Of a stretch of DNA of 64,000 nt, positions 1 through 12,487 are shown one piece after another. Below the pieces are notes generated by a model. It had not been told where the DNA came from, did not search any database, and saw only the letters and a list, made by a program, of their open reading frames with translations. The stretch is from Amoebidium appalachense (Eukaryota; Protista; Ichthyosporea). The stretch is taken from NCBI GenBank assembly GCA_963693365.1, contig CAVNZM010000001.1, positions 12,944,418-13,008,417 on the forward strand, in the 5' to 3' direction. How positions within the stretch are numbered: the stretch's first letter is position 1; the number at the start of each line of letters is the position of its first letter. The position numbers and the translations under genes are program-made.

Positions 1-118
1 AAGACTTCGTGCAACCACGCCATATGAACTCGCGGTGTGCTTTACGATGGGTGACAGGTTTACGCCATTGGAGATGGCGTTACGAGGGGTATACGATCCC
101 CGGTGGAGATTGCTGATG
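1..118. mobile_element. Right terminus of a probable Plavaka/CACTA-like DNA transposon extending out of the window
   Basis: AGATTGCTGATG (107-118) is the reverse complement of the CATCAGCAATCT terminus of the two complete elements. The upstream GAGGGGTATACGAT resembles the subterminal GAGGGGTTTCCGAT motif of the 44931 element at nearly the same spacing. Confidence 0.6.
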
Positions 119-585
119 TACTGAGAGCATGGTGTAGTGTTCTTTCTGAGCCTCGGGCCCTCTCTCCCTCTTTTTGTTTTCTTTTCTTTTCTCAAGTTTC
201 TTTCTTTTTTGGGGGGGGGGAGGGAGGGGGGGATGGATTAAGCAGAAGATTCGTGGCTCCGTACCCAAATTTTAGGCATGAATGTATTGTATGGGCTCAG
301 TGTTACAAGGTATGAATGTGTATAGAATACCCTTCTAATAAGATATGATTGAGTTGACACCTCAATGTACTACTTAGGTGCATTGCTTTAGTGTGATTTA
401 ATAAAACCTGTTATTATGTCTGATAATCTGCAGTGTTGACCGTTATCCCCCCCCCCTCCCCCACCTCCCCACCAAAAAAGAAGAAGAAGAAGAAAGAAAG
501 AATGAAAGAAAGAAACTTGAAGAAAGAAAGAAAGAAAGACTGAACGGGTACACGTACAGGCACAAGTTTAAAACTCAGGCAGGAT

Positions 586-938
<353 letters not shown>

Positions 939-1511
939 ATCGTCACCGTATGGTATCAGGGCACAAAGTTCACAGCCGGATACCACTCCCACAACAGGCT
1001 CAGAAGAAAAAAAAGAGAAGAATAATTCTTTTAAGGGTTTCAAACAACCCCCCTCCCTTTCCTCCTCCCCCCCCGCCCCTTCTTTTGCTCGTAGTCTTCT
1101 TCTCAGTGGCTAGCTCTCCTTCAGCCCCACTTTGCTAAGAGTCCCATGACCCCGGGTTTTTATTTTTATTTTTTTCATTACAAGTTTTTTTTGTTGGTTT
1201 TTTTTTGTTTTTGGGGCGGGGGGGGGGGGGGGGGGGGGGAGGGGGGGGCAGAAAGGCTTCCCCTTCATTGCTGGGGGCCCCGATGATGATTGACGGCGGG
1301 GGGGGAGGGGGGGGGGGACGGGGGAGGGAAAAGGGGGGAGGGGGGGGGGGAGGGGGTGCTGAACAGTGATATCAAACATAATCCGTTTATTGTATTCAAG
1401 TGCAGACAAGTTCATGAGGCCGGAGGCACTTTCTTTTGCCTCCAAAACCAAAAAAAAAAGTACTAGAAGCACATGAGAATACCATAACCATTTAAGTTCA
1501 CCGTGATTACC

Positions 1512-3956
1512 CTAGTTGTTCGTTTTTTGCCGCTTCGCCCATCGTTTCAACAGTTCTGCCCTGTACTCAGGGTATACATGAATCAAAAATTCATCATTCC
1601 AAGTACATAAACGCACATTTCCGGTGGGATCCTTTACGCGTACACATAACTTCAGACGTGCAAGATCAAAATTGTATGTGAGGCCACTGAGTTCATCCCT
1701 GCCAAACCCCACCATTTTTTGTTTTTTCCCATCATCAACATAATGCACCTCTATACTCTTCTCCCCCTGGTCATTCCGTGTTCGTTTTGTTTCAACCACA
1801 TGGAGTGTATTGTGTTCAGTTGCACCAACAGATGTGCAGGTATACGCACTCTGGGTTTGCCTCCCCTTTAGGTACTTTCCATTCACATTTCTTTGATGTA
1901 CACACCCCTCCTTTAAACTCCCATAAGTTCCCTCCAGCAATGTCCACACCAAGCAGCTACCATGAGAACATGCAGCACTAGGACCAATGGTACATACACA
2001 TTTTACATCTTCAATCCTTTTCACTTGATTGTGTTCGTCAACTATGAGCTTCATAACACAGAAAAAGAAACCCTTACGAAAAGAACGCTGTACCATTCCA
2101 CGCAACCAAAAGTGTCGGTCACCTTCTTCGCAGTCAACCGGAAGGGGCTTGTTAGGATAGCAGAAACCGAATTTCAAAATAGTGGCGTCATGAACATATG
2201 CACGTGCAGTGCCCACATATGATTGCCTGGGGGTTGTTTCGAGGTTCCAGTTTCCCGTTCACTTCAACGAGTTTGTCCACAAAATATTCATCTAAACGTC
2301 TCCGGACACACACTGGCATGCTGCCCTGGTTGTCTTTTGGGTTGTAATTCCAATTCTCGTTTCCCACCGATTGGGTTATTTCGTTTAGCAATGTTTTGTT
2401 TTGCGGGGCCAGTTTTACTGCCCGTAACTTGTCTTCGTCGAGAATACCCTCACCCGTGTGCCTGTCTATACGGCCAGTGATACGCCTCTTCATCCCCCCC
2501 TTTTCCACGGCATCCAATTCTTCAAATACCAATATTGCCAAGAAACTGGTAATATAGTATGCGCGACGGCGGCGAGGAGTGATGGAATGCAGTCCACAAT
2601 AATGGGTTCCAAATAGTCCGCAAGCCATTCCCGTGTCCTATCGTGTCTGCGTGCAATGGGTTGATGCAAAAATATGATGTTCGCTCTGATACACGTGATA
2701 CACATAATCATCCGCCACCGGCTCCTGCGGTAAACTCATGGCATCGTCAATTACCTCCGAAGTTCTTCCTCTTCTTCGCTCTCCTCCTCCTCTTTCTCTA
2801 CAAATCCATCCGTTCCATAATCACTATCTTCGTTTTCCCACACATGCACCTTTCCATCATATTCCTCTTCCACACCCTCCATCACTAGATCTTCCCCTCC
2901 CTCCTTCTCCCCGGCCCCCCCGGCCGTCATACCCCCCTGCACAACATGTGTGTCTGCTGTGTCCTTTTCACCATCTCCATCCTTCTCTTCTTCCTCCTTC
3001 TTACCACGTACCTTCCTCCCTTTCCCCTTCCGAACTTGTTGGATTATCTGAACCAATTGCAAAAACACATCTCCCGCTGTTCCCGGCCTAATCTTTCATG
3101 ATTTTCGGTTCACCTGCGACACCACCTCGTGCAGATTCCCCCTTCCGATGCCCTTGATTTTCTTTGAATAATCGCACTTAATCAAAATGGCAAAATACCA
3201 GAGCAATTCCGAGTCCCACCCACAAAAGTCATACTTCGCATCTCGCATAAACACGTCTGCGGGGGTCACAACTTGAAGAACACCATACAGTTTTGGGATG
3301 CGCACAGCGTTGCTGGAACCAGCAATGGTGCCTGCACCTGCTGTTCGGAGTTTGTATATAACCGTGTTAGGTTATACAAGAGCAGATCAGAGCCCTCCGT
3401 CACGTGACAGCGTGCGCCTGGTTGGTCCGTGCCATGTATGCCAGCTGTGGATCTGCTTCGCCGGTATGGGGCTACCGTCTATGCAACACCCTCGTCTTTC
3501 AACCTCATAGTGATTGCGTCTATTACCCTGTTTTCTAGCTTTGCAGCTTTTCTCCACTGTAATTTTGTTATTCCTTCTTTCTTCTCTTTCAGTTTCGTTA
3601 TTTCCACTATGGCCTGTGTCACTTTCGGTGCACGGTCATCGTCGGCTAGTTTCCCATCTTTCCCCAGCCTGCGACCATCAAACACAATTGTGGCTGAATG
3701 CCTGTGTTTCTGTAAGTGTTGACCTTGGACATAAATAAAGTGATCCGAAATAGCTGCATAAATATCATCTGTAACGTTTTTGTCGTCTATCTGTTGTTTT
3801 GCTACCAAGTGTGTGTAGACTGCAAAAGGCTTCAAGTTGTATACTTTTACCATCGCAAAAAGCAATGGGGCCCTGTCTCATTTCAGCTGTTAGATCTGTG
3901 GCATCCTTGGACCTAATGCCCAGGGCGGCAACTTGAAGTAAGCCCTTGACACCCAT
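1512..3956 (-). pseudogene. XPG/FEN1/Exo1-family 5' nuclease followed by an acidic linker and a SWIM zinc-finger region; frameshifted, with stops
   Basis: XPG-N motifs MGVKGLL and VFDG. Across frameshifts at ~3450 and ~3400 it reads GEADPQLAYMA and VTEGSDLLLY (XPG-I). An H3TH-like ILIKCDYSKKIKGIG lies in 3096-3305. ORF 1512-2216 has CVCTIGPSAACSH (CxC-x7-CxH, SWIM). Confidence 0.75.
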
Positions 3957-6900
3957 GGCGGAGAGAGGCCGTCAGAAGTAACTGACTGAGATAAACTACA
4001 GTGTGAACTTTTTGGTGAGGTGGGTGTGCGCATATGGTTGCGAGGGACGTTGACGCACTACCACTTGTACACGGTTGCTAGGAAGCCCAGCACTGGTCAA
4101 GCAATCTGGCGCCGCACCTAAATTACAAAATCAATCCGCCGCCAAATTATTCAATTAGGAGCCAAGTAACTGAAGGGCCAATGTAGCTTGGTTGTGTACA
4201 CTGTATGATCAGATCGATATGATACCCGACAGCCGGCTCACGGCAGCTGTGGCAACACACCGTGGCTGTGCAGTTGGCGTGCATCAATAGGCATGGGAAG
4301 AATCTGCTACCAGCCAGCTGAGGATAGACTGATGCCAGTCTGATCACTACGAAGGCAGCGACTTTAGCTATACAAGTAAGCTAGGGCCCCTAAGAGCTCA
4401 TGATGTCCGAGCCCCCTACAAAATTTAAAGTCGCCAAATGAAGCTGGGTCCTGAAAGCACAGTGCCTCAGGCTGAACTCCCTACCCCCACTGATGGATAA
4501 TTCCTTAAGTGTGTCCCCGCACCCCCCTTCCCCCCCTTCCAACTTTAAACCTCCGTCTTTCTCGTGCTGAACTGGATGGTAGTAGCTGGAATGCAAGAAC
4601 ACGACATAAGGATGGACTAGTAGAAGAAACATGTCAGTTTGGGTTCCCCCCCCCCCCCCCCCCCCTCCCTCCCTGTCTGGCCCTCCACACTCTGCCCCCA
4701 GAAGTCTGTTGGCCCGTTTGCAGTATTTGCTTCTGAAGGGTAGTATATCTTTTGGCCACATCAAATTTGATTGGAGGCGAACACATCGAATGCGCACCAA
4801 GATCGGGTCGGCTGTTCGCGATATACTTTATATATATAGGCTAAACGAAAAGTGGCGCGGTAATATTGACCACATCAAATAGTATAGTATAAGTATATCT
4901 CGATATAAAGGCTTGTCCTATACTTTTCAAATTGTGTTATAGTAAAATGTGTTTAATGGCCATAGAACATTTCTGTTTTTCTAAAAGAACTATAGTTTTT
5001 TTCTACTTTGAAAAACATACATCTTGAAGATATATACTCATAGACCGGTTTAGAAATGATTTTTTTCAAATTTTGCCTAACCTTATATGGCTCACCGGAA
5101 CAATTCGAATCTTGTGATTGGTTGCGCCAAAAGTAAGGGCCAAAGTAAGGGCCGCTCAGGCGGTGTCAGGCCAAAATCTCAGACCGACAGCCTCTCAAAA
5201 GCAGTTAGGCCCCGATTTTACTTAGAAAGTTGGTTTTCGTCCATAAGAAAAGGTTTTAGGAAATAAAAAGACGCGCAAAAATGATATAAGCAGTCGAGGT
5301 GCTCCGACAACGCCTATATCGGTAAAATCATCAAAAACCCGTCTTGCACAGCCTCTTACCACCTTGCCTCGAGGTCGATCGTCTATGATGATATTATGCT
5401 TTTTGCCTGTTTTCGCTACAAAATAGGCGCCGGACACCCCATGTTGCTTATACAAAAATTGCTTGTCGCTTTGTTTATCAAATTATTTATTAATGGAGGA
5501 AAACCCCTTTTCTATTCAAATTATTGATTTTAAGCATTACAAGCAGGATTAGGTATATGACCGCCGATCACTCAGCCCTTCATTTCGCCAGTTCGGCTGG
5601 CTGGATCTCCCTAGAGCGAAGCAAACACATTGAGATTCTCAATTAGTAAATCTAAATTGGTTAATATAGTACATAGATGGCGAGGAAATTAATTCGCCAA
5701 TTCTAGCGAAATCAACAAATTTTCTATGGTCAAATGACTTGGTAAAAATTAGTAAAATCTGCTATATTTTTATGGGACATTTTTATTGGCTCTAGAAGAG
5801 GAGAAACGTCAAGTATAGTAAATTTACTTTTTATTTAGCAAGGCTTTCAAAAACATAAGCAAAAAGGGCCTGTTGCCGGTTCTACTATGATTGGTCAAGT
5901 CAGATAGTTTAAAGTGTGCAGCCAATGAGCGACTCTGGCGGATCCTTAACAATGTCAACATGTGTACGCAATCCGACTGATTGGGTAACAACCAGGATAA
6001 TCTATATCTCATTTTCAAGGAAATGCAGTTTTCGGCCGGCAGCATCGCGGGTAACCCACCGTTGCTAAAATGAGCCGCATATCAGCCAACGTGCGGCTAG
6101 TTCCCGATCTCAGTCACATAAGGTACGGCCACGTGACCGAGATTGGGTCCAAGGAGATAGAGGAGGGGTATGGGGGGGGGGGGGGGGAGGACTGAGCGGT
6201 TTGGTGGCAATGGCATCAAGAAATAGATGGATCGCGGCACCAATCAGATGCGCAGCCTGAGGTCTGCCCGGATCTAAGAGAGCGGCGTTCCGTTTGGACC
6301 TCATGCCAATCACAAACCTTGGGAAAAAAGCAAATTCTTGGCGGTCCAAAGTCCTTGGTGATACTGGATCGCAAACAACATTATGGTATTGGTCTCTTTT
6401 ACGTTATTAGATAACTGCCAGGCGATCGAAGATTTGTGATTGGCCATTAAATAATGGAAAGAGCTGGCGGTCAGATCTATAAACATGTGATCGACTGCCA
6501 AACACCATGCGCTTCAATATCTGTAAAAATAGAACATGCTTATCCTGCTGTCAGAATGTGTACTAGAGGTTGGATCTATGGAGATAGGAGAGGGTATGGG
6601 GGGAAGATCTGCTAGGAAATCGAGGGATTGTGACAGATCGGGTTTTTCAAAAGCTGTAGCGGTTGGATTTTAAAGATGTAACTTGAGTCGATGACCAACA
6701 CGTGGCGAGCGGGGCAAAGCCCCGCGGGGGCGAGCCGCGGGGCGAGCGCAGCGAGCCCGAGAGCGAGTCTGACTCTTCAGCAATCGGTGACCGAATTCGG
6801 AAAAAAAAATCGCTTAATGGAGAAGGCTACGTCAAATCTTGGCCAAAAAATCTATAGCCTACACGAAGTGTACACAAAAACATATCCCAACCGAGATTGG

Positions 6901-7970
6901 GCCCACATCGCCGTGGGGAACCCACTAGATCGTTTAAAGTAAAATATATCAATGGAATTCGTGTCACAGATAACAAATGACATGATCAAATTCCATGTAG
7001 CTCATATTAAGTGAACTTGTAGTTAAACACTGTTTTGTATGCTTGCTTATGGGCCTCCCCTATGCTCCATCTGTTGTTTTGTGTGGGTAAACGGGAAAAC
7101 AGAGTGCACAGATGGGTGTTATGTTAGACACAACACAGAGACACACGGGAGAAACACAACCAGAGAGGTGGAACGATTACTGGGGCCATAGGAAATGATT
7201 CGACTGCTTGATATTTATTCCAAGGTGAAGTTCCTTTTATACTCAGAAATGTGAAATCGATAAACCAATCAAAAGAACGAAAACTCTATTTTCCAATCAG
7301 AAAGACGAAAACTATGAGTGTAAAATAAATTGATCGAAATGCCTGTCTACACATAGAAGATAAAACGCAATCCTCTAATGAAAGAAATCTTCTAATAAAA
7401 CTACGGAAACATTTAACAAAATGAAGCCACTTATGTAACTATTAGTTCACATCATACATTTATACATGTTCTTAACATAACACGTCTAAATATAAGTATT
7501 CCTAATAGCTGGAGTACATAGAACAATGCTACGTCGTGAGAAAAGAAGGAAAAGGAATGAGGATAGAAATGAATGGAATGGGAAAGGAATCGAATAGAAT
7601 TAATGAGGAATGTAGATTACTATATTTGGGAAACTACAACGAGATCTGATTGGATGACATATTTAGACATTGACACAAATAACAATACGTGTGCGCGGGC
7701 TAAATATTTCGATGTGTACACAGATCTAAGATATCGGTGCACACGGAAACAGAAAGGAAAGAAAGAAAGGAAGAAAGGAAAAGGGAAAAGGAAACAAACT
7801 ACAACAAACTAATAAACAAATACAAAACTCAACTTCTAAGTCTTGCCGATAATCATGGAAGATGACACCATCCCCCCCCCCCCCCCCCTGTTGGAAGATG
7901 GTATCGTTATCCAGTCCGATCGCATGAATCAGATCATGATGATCGGCTGGTGGCCTGCGAGATCTTAACC

Positions 7971-8043
7971 GATCTCGTAGCTCAGTTGGTAGAGCACTCG
8001 GCCGGAGATAGAGGGGTCGCGGGTTCAAATCCCGTCGGGATCA
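7971..8043 (+). tRNA. tRNA-like Pol III unit in the 5' LTR (GGA at the anticodon position, short variable loop; probably not a decoding tRNA)
   Basis: 73 nt. Acceptor GATCTCG/CGGGATC+A, A box TAGCTCAGTTGG, T arm GCGGG-TTCAAAT-CCCGT, followed by a T6 run. The anticodon stem has a G-A mismatch. Confidence 0.7.
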
Positions 8044-8345
8044 TCTTTTTTCTCATCCTCTTCTCGCTGGGGTAAAAGCCAGCACGCCTTTACCGGCGTC
8101 ATCACAACCATCGGCAGTGGTTAGGTAGTGAGTGATCTCAAGGCTAGCAAGATCGCTAGTCTCTGCACCAGGACAAAATCCAAAATGGTAGCATGAACAG
8201 GGGTTCAGTGGGGACTGAGGGGGCAGTCCATCCTAACCTGATTCTGCGGTTCGTCCTGAGTGGGGATGTTGGAAGATGGTATCGTTATCCAGTCCGATCG
8301 CATGAATCAGATCATGATCGGCTGGTGGCCTGCGAGATCTTAACC

Positions 8346-8418
8346 GATCTCGTAGCTCAGTTGGTAGAGCACTCGACTGGAGATAGAGGGGTCGCGGGTT
8401 CAAATCCCGTGGGGATCA
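8346..8418 (+). tRNA. tRNA-like Pol III unit in the 3' LTR (loop CT-GGA-GA)
   Basis: Near-identical second copy with a G7-G66 mismatch; T6 run follows. Confidence 0.7.
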
Positions 8419-9336
8419 TCTTTTTTCTCATCCTCTTCTCGCTGGGGTAAAAGCCAGCACGCCTTTACTGGCGTCATCACAACTATCGTCAGTGGTTAGG
8501 TTGTGATCTCAAGGTTAGCAAGATCGCTAGTCTCTGCACCAGGACAAAATCCAACCCCCCCCCCCCCCCCGCCATTCCCCCCCCTTCTCCCCCCTCCCAC
8601 CTTTCTACGGCAATCCTTGGTGTTTGCGCAAACATTCAGATTCATCCAAAATCACGCGAAACACTTTGCCGCAGTGGGTTGGATGAGTTTAGAGCTGGCG
8701 AGTCAAAAAAGGTGGACCAATCAAAACGCCGCAAGTCAAAAAGAATGGGGAACCGAAGGCACTATTTTGGGTATAGAGAGATGATCTAGGAGCCACCAAA
8801 ATATACGGGAAATATGCAGCTGTAGGCTGATCGGATACTCGCTACTTTCATCCTGTACATCCTGTGAGTATCACCGTACACAGTACCTGCCAGCAGGGCG
8901 TGCATGATGCACGTATATACTCAACCGTTATGGCACACATCAGCACACCACGCACATAGATAACGATTGTCATTGATATGGTACGCCATAAAATTATGTA
9001 AGCTAGCCTAGTAGTAGTTAATTATCATTATTAATATGGGCCACCAGCTTGCAATGATCATGACTCGGACTCATGAAGCCAGCGAACAATGAACATCATG
9101 ATTGGAGGCCCCGTATGCAGAACACTGTTTGGGGTAGGTCTGATGATCCGGCAATATTCACATTGATTTTACAATATTCTGAGGATAGATGGACAGAAAG
9201 GAATTTGGACCCACCGCCATGGGAAACTTTCATGTCGACACCTTAATATGCATGATCGTGCTTCAATTGTGAGCCTGCATATATGATAAATCAAAGAATA
9301 AATGTATAGAAGATAAAGATAGTTCAAGTAATACAC

Positions 9337-9416
9337 CTTCTTAGCCTGTGCCTGTGGATCAATCTCACAAGCAGGCACAGGTGTGCTCCACAGGAGCAAT
9401 GAAAAGAATGACAAAT
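9337..9416 (-). repeat. Internally deleted B repeat plus start of the spacer of the YR retrotransposon
   Basis: TTCTTA (B terminus) is joined to GCCTGTGCCTGTGGATCAATCTCACAAGCAGGCACAGGTGTGCTCCAC-AGGAGCAATGAAAAGAATGACAAAT. Confidence 0.85.
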
Positions 9417-10989
9417 TGTCGACTACGACCTAGCGTGTATACAAACGACTAACTGCACGCTCAACAGCCTGAGGGGCTTGAAACTGTGTAGACGTTTAAA
9501 CTGTTCTTTGAGTTGGGTGGGAGACGGACAAACGTGCTCTCAGAAGAACTTCGAATGCCCGGGACCCCGCGAGGCACTTCACAGACGTAGACACGCGGCT
9601 CACTGGCCAGACAAATACCACAGTGACATTCAGCCAATCACAACACTCCCGCCCCCACGGGCTACACACACTCCACACCAGTGGCTACCGCCACCTCAGA
9701 CACCCCTACAGCACTACAACACGTACACATCTTTACCACAATTCATATAAGCATACACACACGCGAGCAGGCAACATGGGTCTCGCCAAGCACACAGCAA
9801 CAAGCAATACAACATATAACATGAAGAGTGCGCAGAGGCATGGAGTATGCACGCACGCACCAAACTATCAGCCGCCGCTGCATCAGATTCTCCCCATACC
9901 TCTGAACAATCTCCACATACCTGCATAGACCCCGGAATCACTATGCAAGAAAACCCCCGAAATTCACTCACCAAAACACAAAATATAGAAGCAGACTAAT
10001 ACGAATCAGCTCAGCTCATGACAACTCCCCCCTCGCACAGAAAATGACTGAGTTCCACCTCAGTAAAAACTACCTAAAAAACAAAATAAAGTTATGTGCT
10101 AAGCGACTACAACTACCGCTACCCATGCAGGAAGCATCATTTAACATATAACATAAAACATATACATGCATCCACGCACCACCCCACCATGGTTAGTACC
10201 CAACCCAGCCCCAAAACAAGGATATGAACCGCCACCGACGTTGCCCTGTAGATGCACCTCTGCCCCCGTCCACAACCTGCACCCAAAACCCCATGCCCCT
10301 GGCACAATGTTATGTCGAGTTGAACACAGCAACAGACATGATGATACAAGACGCCATCCAAACAACCACACGCAGCGTGCCCCATCCACAAAGAATTCCT
10401 AGCAAAACCAAAGATGCCGTGACGAACACCTCCAGACTCATGTGATGTACACCTCCAGACTCTCTTGCTGGCCATTCCTCTACCCGGCAAACACTCTTAC
10501 TACCTAGGTCCCGGTGGTTTGGGAATGCCTCCGCCCCAACCGTGCCCTACCCAGCGGTGTGTCTAAGGCCTACTGCTGCACTGGGCACCACAACACTACT
10601 CAACGACACTACGGGAAGCCACTCCAAGGGGCCTCAACACCAGGCCCAGGGCAGCCACTCCAAGGGGCCTCAGCACCAGGCCCATCGACGACGGGGGTTC
10701 ACAACAGTGGGGGCCGGCCACTGCCATGACTACACCTCGACCCCCCCCAGCCCCCTTGTCAGAGGGCCGAGCTCCCAGACAGCAGCAGGACTTTCTATTC
10801 CACTGACCCTAACCACACACGTCGCCAACACAGGACTCATACACACGTCGAAGACGCCAGGCCACCAGTAGAAAACTCTTCGAAAAATAACACCACACAA
10901 CTCCCATACAACAACAACAACCCAAGAGACGGCCTACCCCCTAATAAAACCTTCATACCTGCAACACCATCACCGACGTCCCCCACGAC

Positions 10990-12487
10990 GGGGAATACGG
11001 TCCCCTGCTTCTTCGGCTTCAAGACTGCGGCATGGTGCACTATTTCGAGGCGAAGGAAAAACCACTGGCCATCAATGGGCTGTTTGGGGTCCCCAAAGAC
11101 ACCAGAGCCCGCGTCATTTTTGACGGCCGCCGTGCCAACCTGTTCTTTGCCCGTGATCATCCTGCCCTCAAGGTGCACCTGCCCAACCCTGCCGATTTTG
11201 CCGATCTGTTGCTGGGGCCTGAGGATTCCTCTATTTTGGCAAGTCGGACATGGACAACCAGTTCCATCGTCTTCTTGCCCCCGAGTGGCTGTGGCGGTAC
11301 TTCGGATTGCCGCCTGTGTCTTCGGAGGCTGTTGGCATTTCTGGGCCCGACCGGCTTGTGTACCCGGCCCTCAAGACCGTGCCCATGGGCTGGGTGCATT
11401 CTGTGCATGTGGCTCAAGACGTCCATGGGCAGTTGGCTGACCGAGCCGGCATGCCCCGCATTGAGCGCCTCTGTGCGATACTAGTAGTGCCGCGGCCTGT
11501 GGAGGCCACGCAGCATGCCCTGTATGTCGACGACTGTGGCTGGGTCGGCACAAATGCCACCGCCATCAATCGTCAGCGTGAATCGTATCATGGCGTCACC
11601 GGCCCGGCCCGGCTGGTCTTCCCTCCAATGTCAAGAAGGATGTGGCTGCTGGTTCGTCATCCTCTATGGTGCTGCTAGGCCTGGAAATGCATCGCTCTGG
11701 GATATTGCGCCCGTCTGGCGCTTCCTTGTGCCGTCTGGTGGCGGAAACCCAGGCCGTGTTGCGTCGTGGTGTCGTCACGCAGCTCCGTTTGCAGCAGTTG
11801 CTTGGTGGTTGGGTGTGGGCGGCACTGCTGCAGCGGCCACTTTTGTCGGTTCTGAGTGCCGTCTACAGTTTTGTGGAGCAGCTGGGGGGTCTGGAACATC
11901 CCCTTCCCCTGCCCGTGGTGTGGGAGCTTCAGGCGATGTGTGCTTTGGCCCCTTTGATGCGTTGTGATTTGCGTTCTGGGTTTGCTAGCACCATGTTCTG
12001 CACTGATGCTTCCTTGTTGGGTGGTGCAGTGGTGTCCCGGGTGCTTCCAGCAACGCTTCTCCGCGAAGTGCTGCCTCACTGCAACCGGCGTGGCCACTAC
12101 AGCCAGCTGTCTGGTCCTGTGCACGAGCCAAGCCCGTCCCCCCCCCCGGCACCTATCCTGGCAGCTGTTGGTGGCCGGTGGACCACCAACATCAGTCATC
12201 GTTGGCGCAACTCCGACCACATCAACATTCTGGAGGGAGAAGCCCTGCTCCTGGGGCTTCATCGATTAGGTCGGTCTACGGCTGCCCGGGGCTCCCGCTA
12301 TCTTTGGGGCCTTGATTCGACGGCGCTGCTTGGGGCTGTTGCTAAGGGTCGTTCAGCATCCCGACGTATTAACCGAGTATGCCGCCAGGTGGCTGCCTAC
12401 ACGCTTGCCCTCGACATTCGTTTGTATTGTGTGTGGCTGCCGTCAGCCCACAATCCTGCAGATGGTCCCTCGCGGTTTTCTGGCTGA
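10990..12487 (+). pseudogene. Reverse transcriptase/RNase H (DIRS/Ngaro type), truncated and frameshifted
   Basis: PMGW, YVDD, TDAS, HINILEGEA and NPADGPSR motifs are spread over several frames. Confidence 0.9.

Larger units (their letters stand above)
7889..8556 (+). mobile_element. Non-autonomous miniature LTR retrotransposon (TRIM) with tRNA-containing LTRs
   Basis: Two ~290-bp direct repeats (7889-~8185, 8267-~8556) start TGTTGGA and end TCCAA. The ~81-bp internal part begins with PBS-like TGGTAGCA (8186-8193) and ends in purine-rich GAGTGGGGA (8258-8266). Poly-C flanks both sides. Confidence 0.8.

Noticed and set aside
4100-7000. Possible MITE/Helitron remnants (GC-rich GCGAGC motifs at ~6710-6770, short repeats at ~6150 and ~6580)
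   Set aside because: No terminal repeats or TSDs could be defined from this window alone.
10617-10684. Tandem duplication AGCCACTCCAAGGGGCCTCA..CACCAGGCCCA and the surrounding short ORFs
   Set aside because: Simple two-copy duplication; the ORFs have no recognisable domain.
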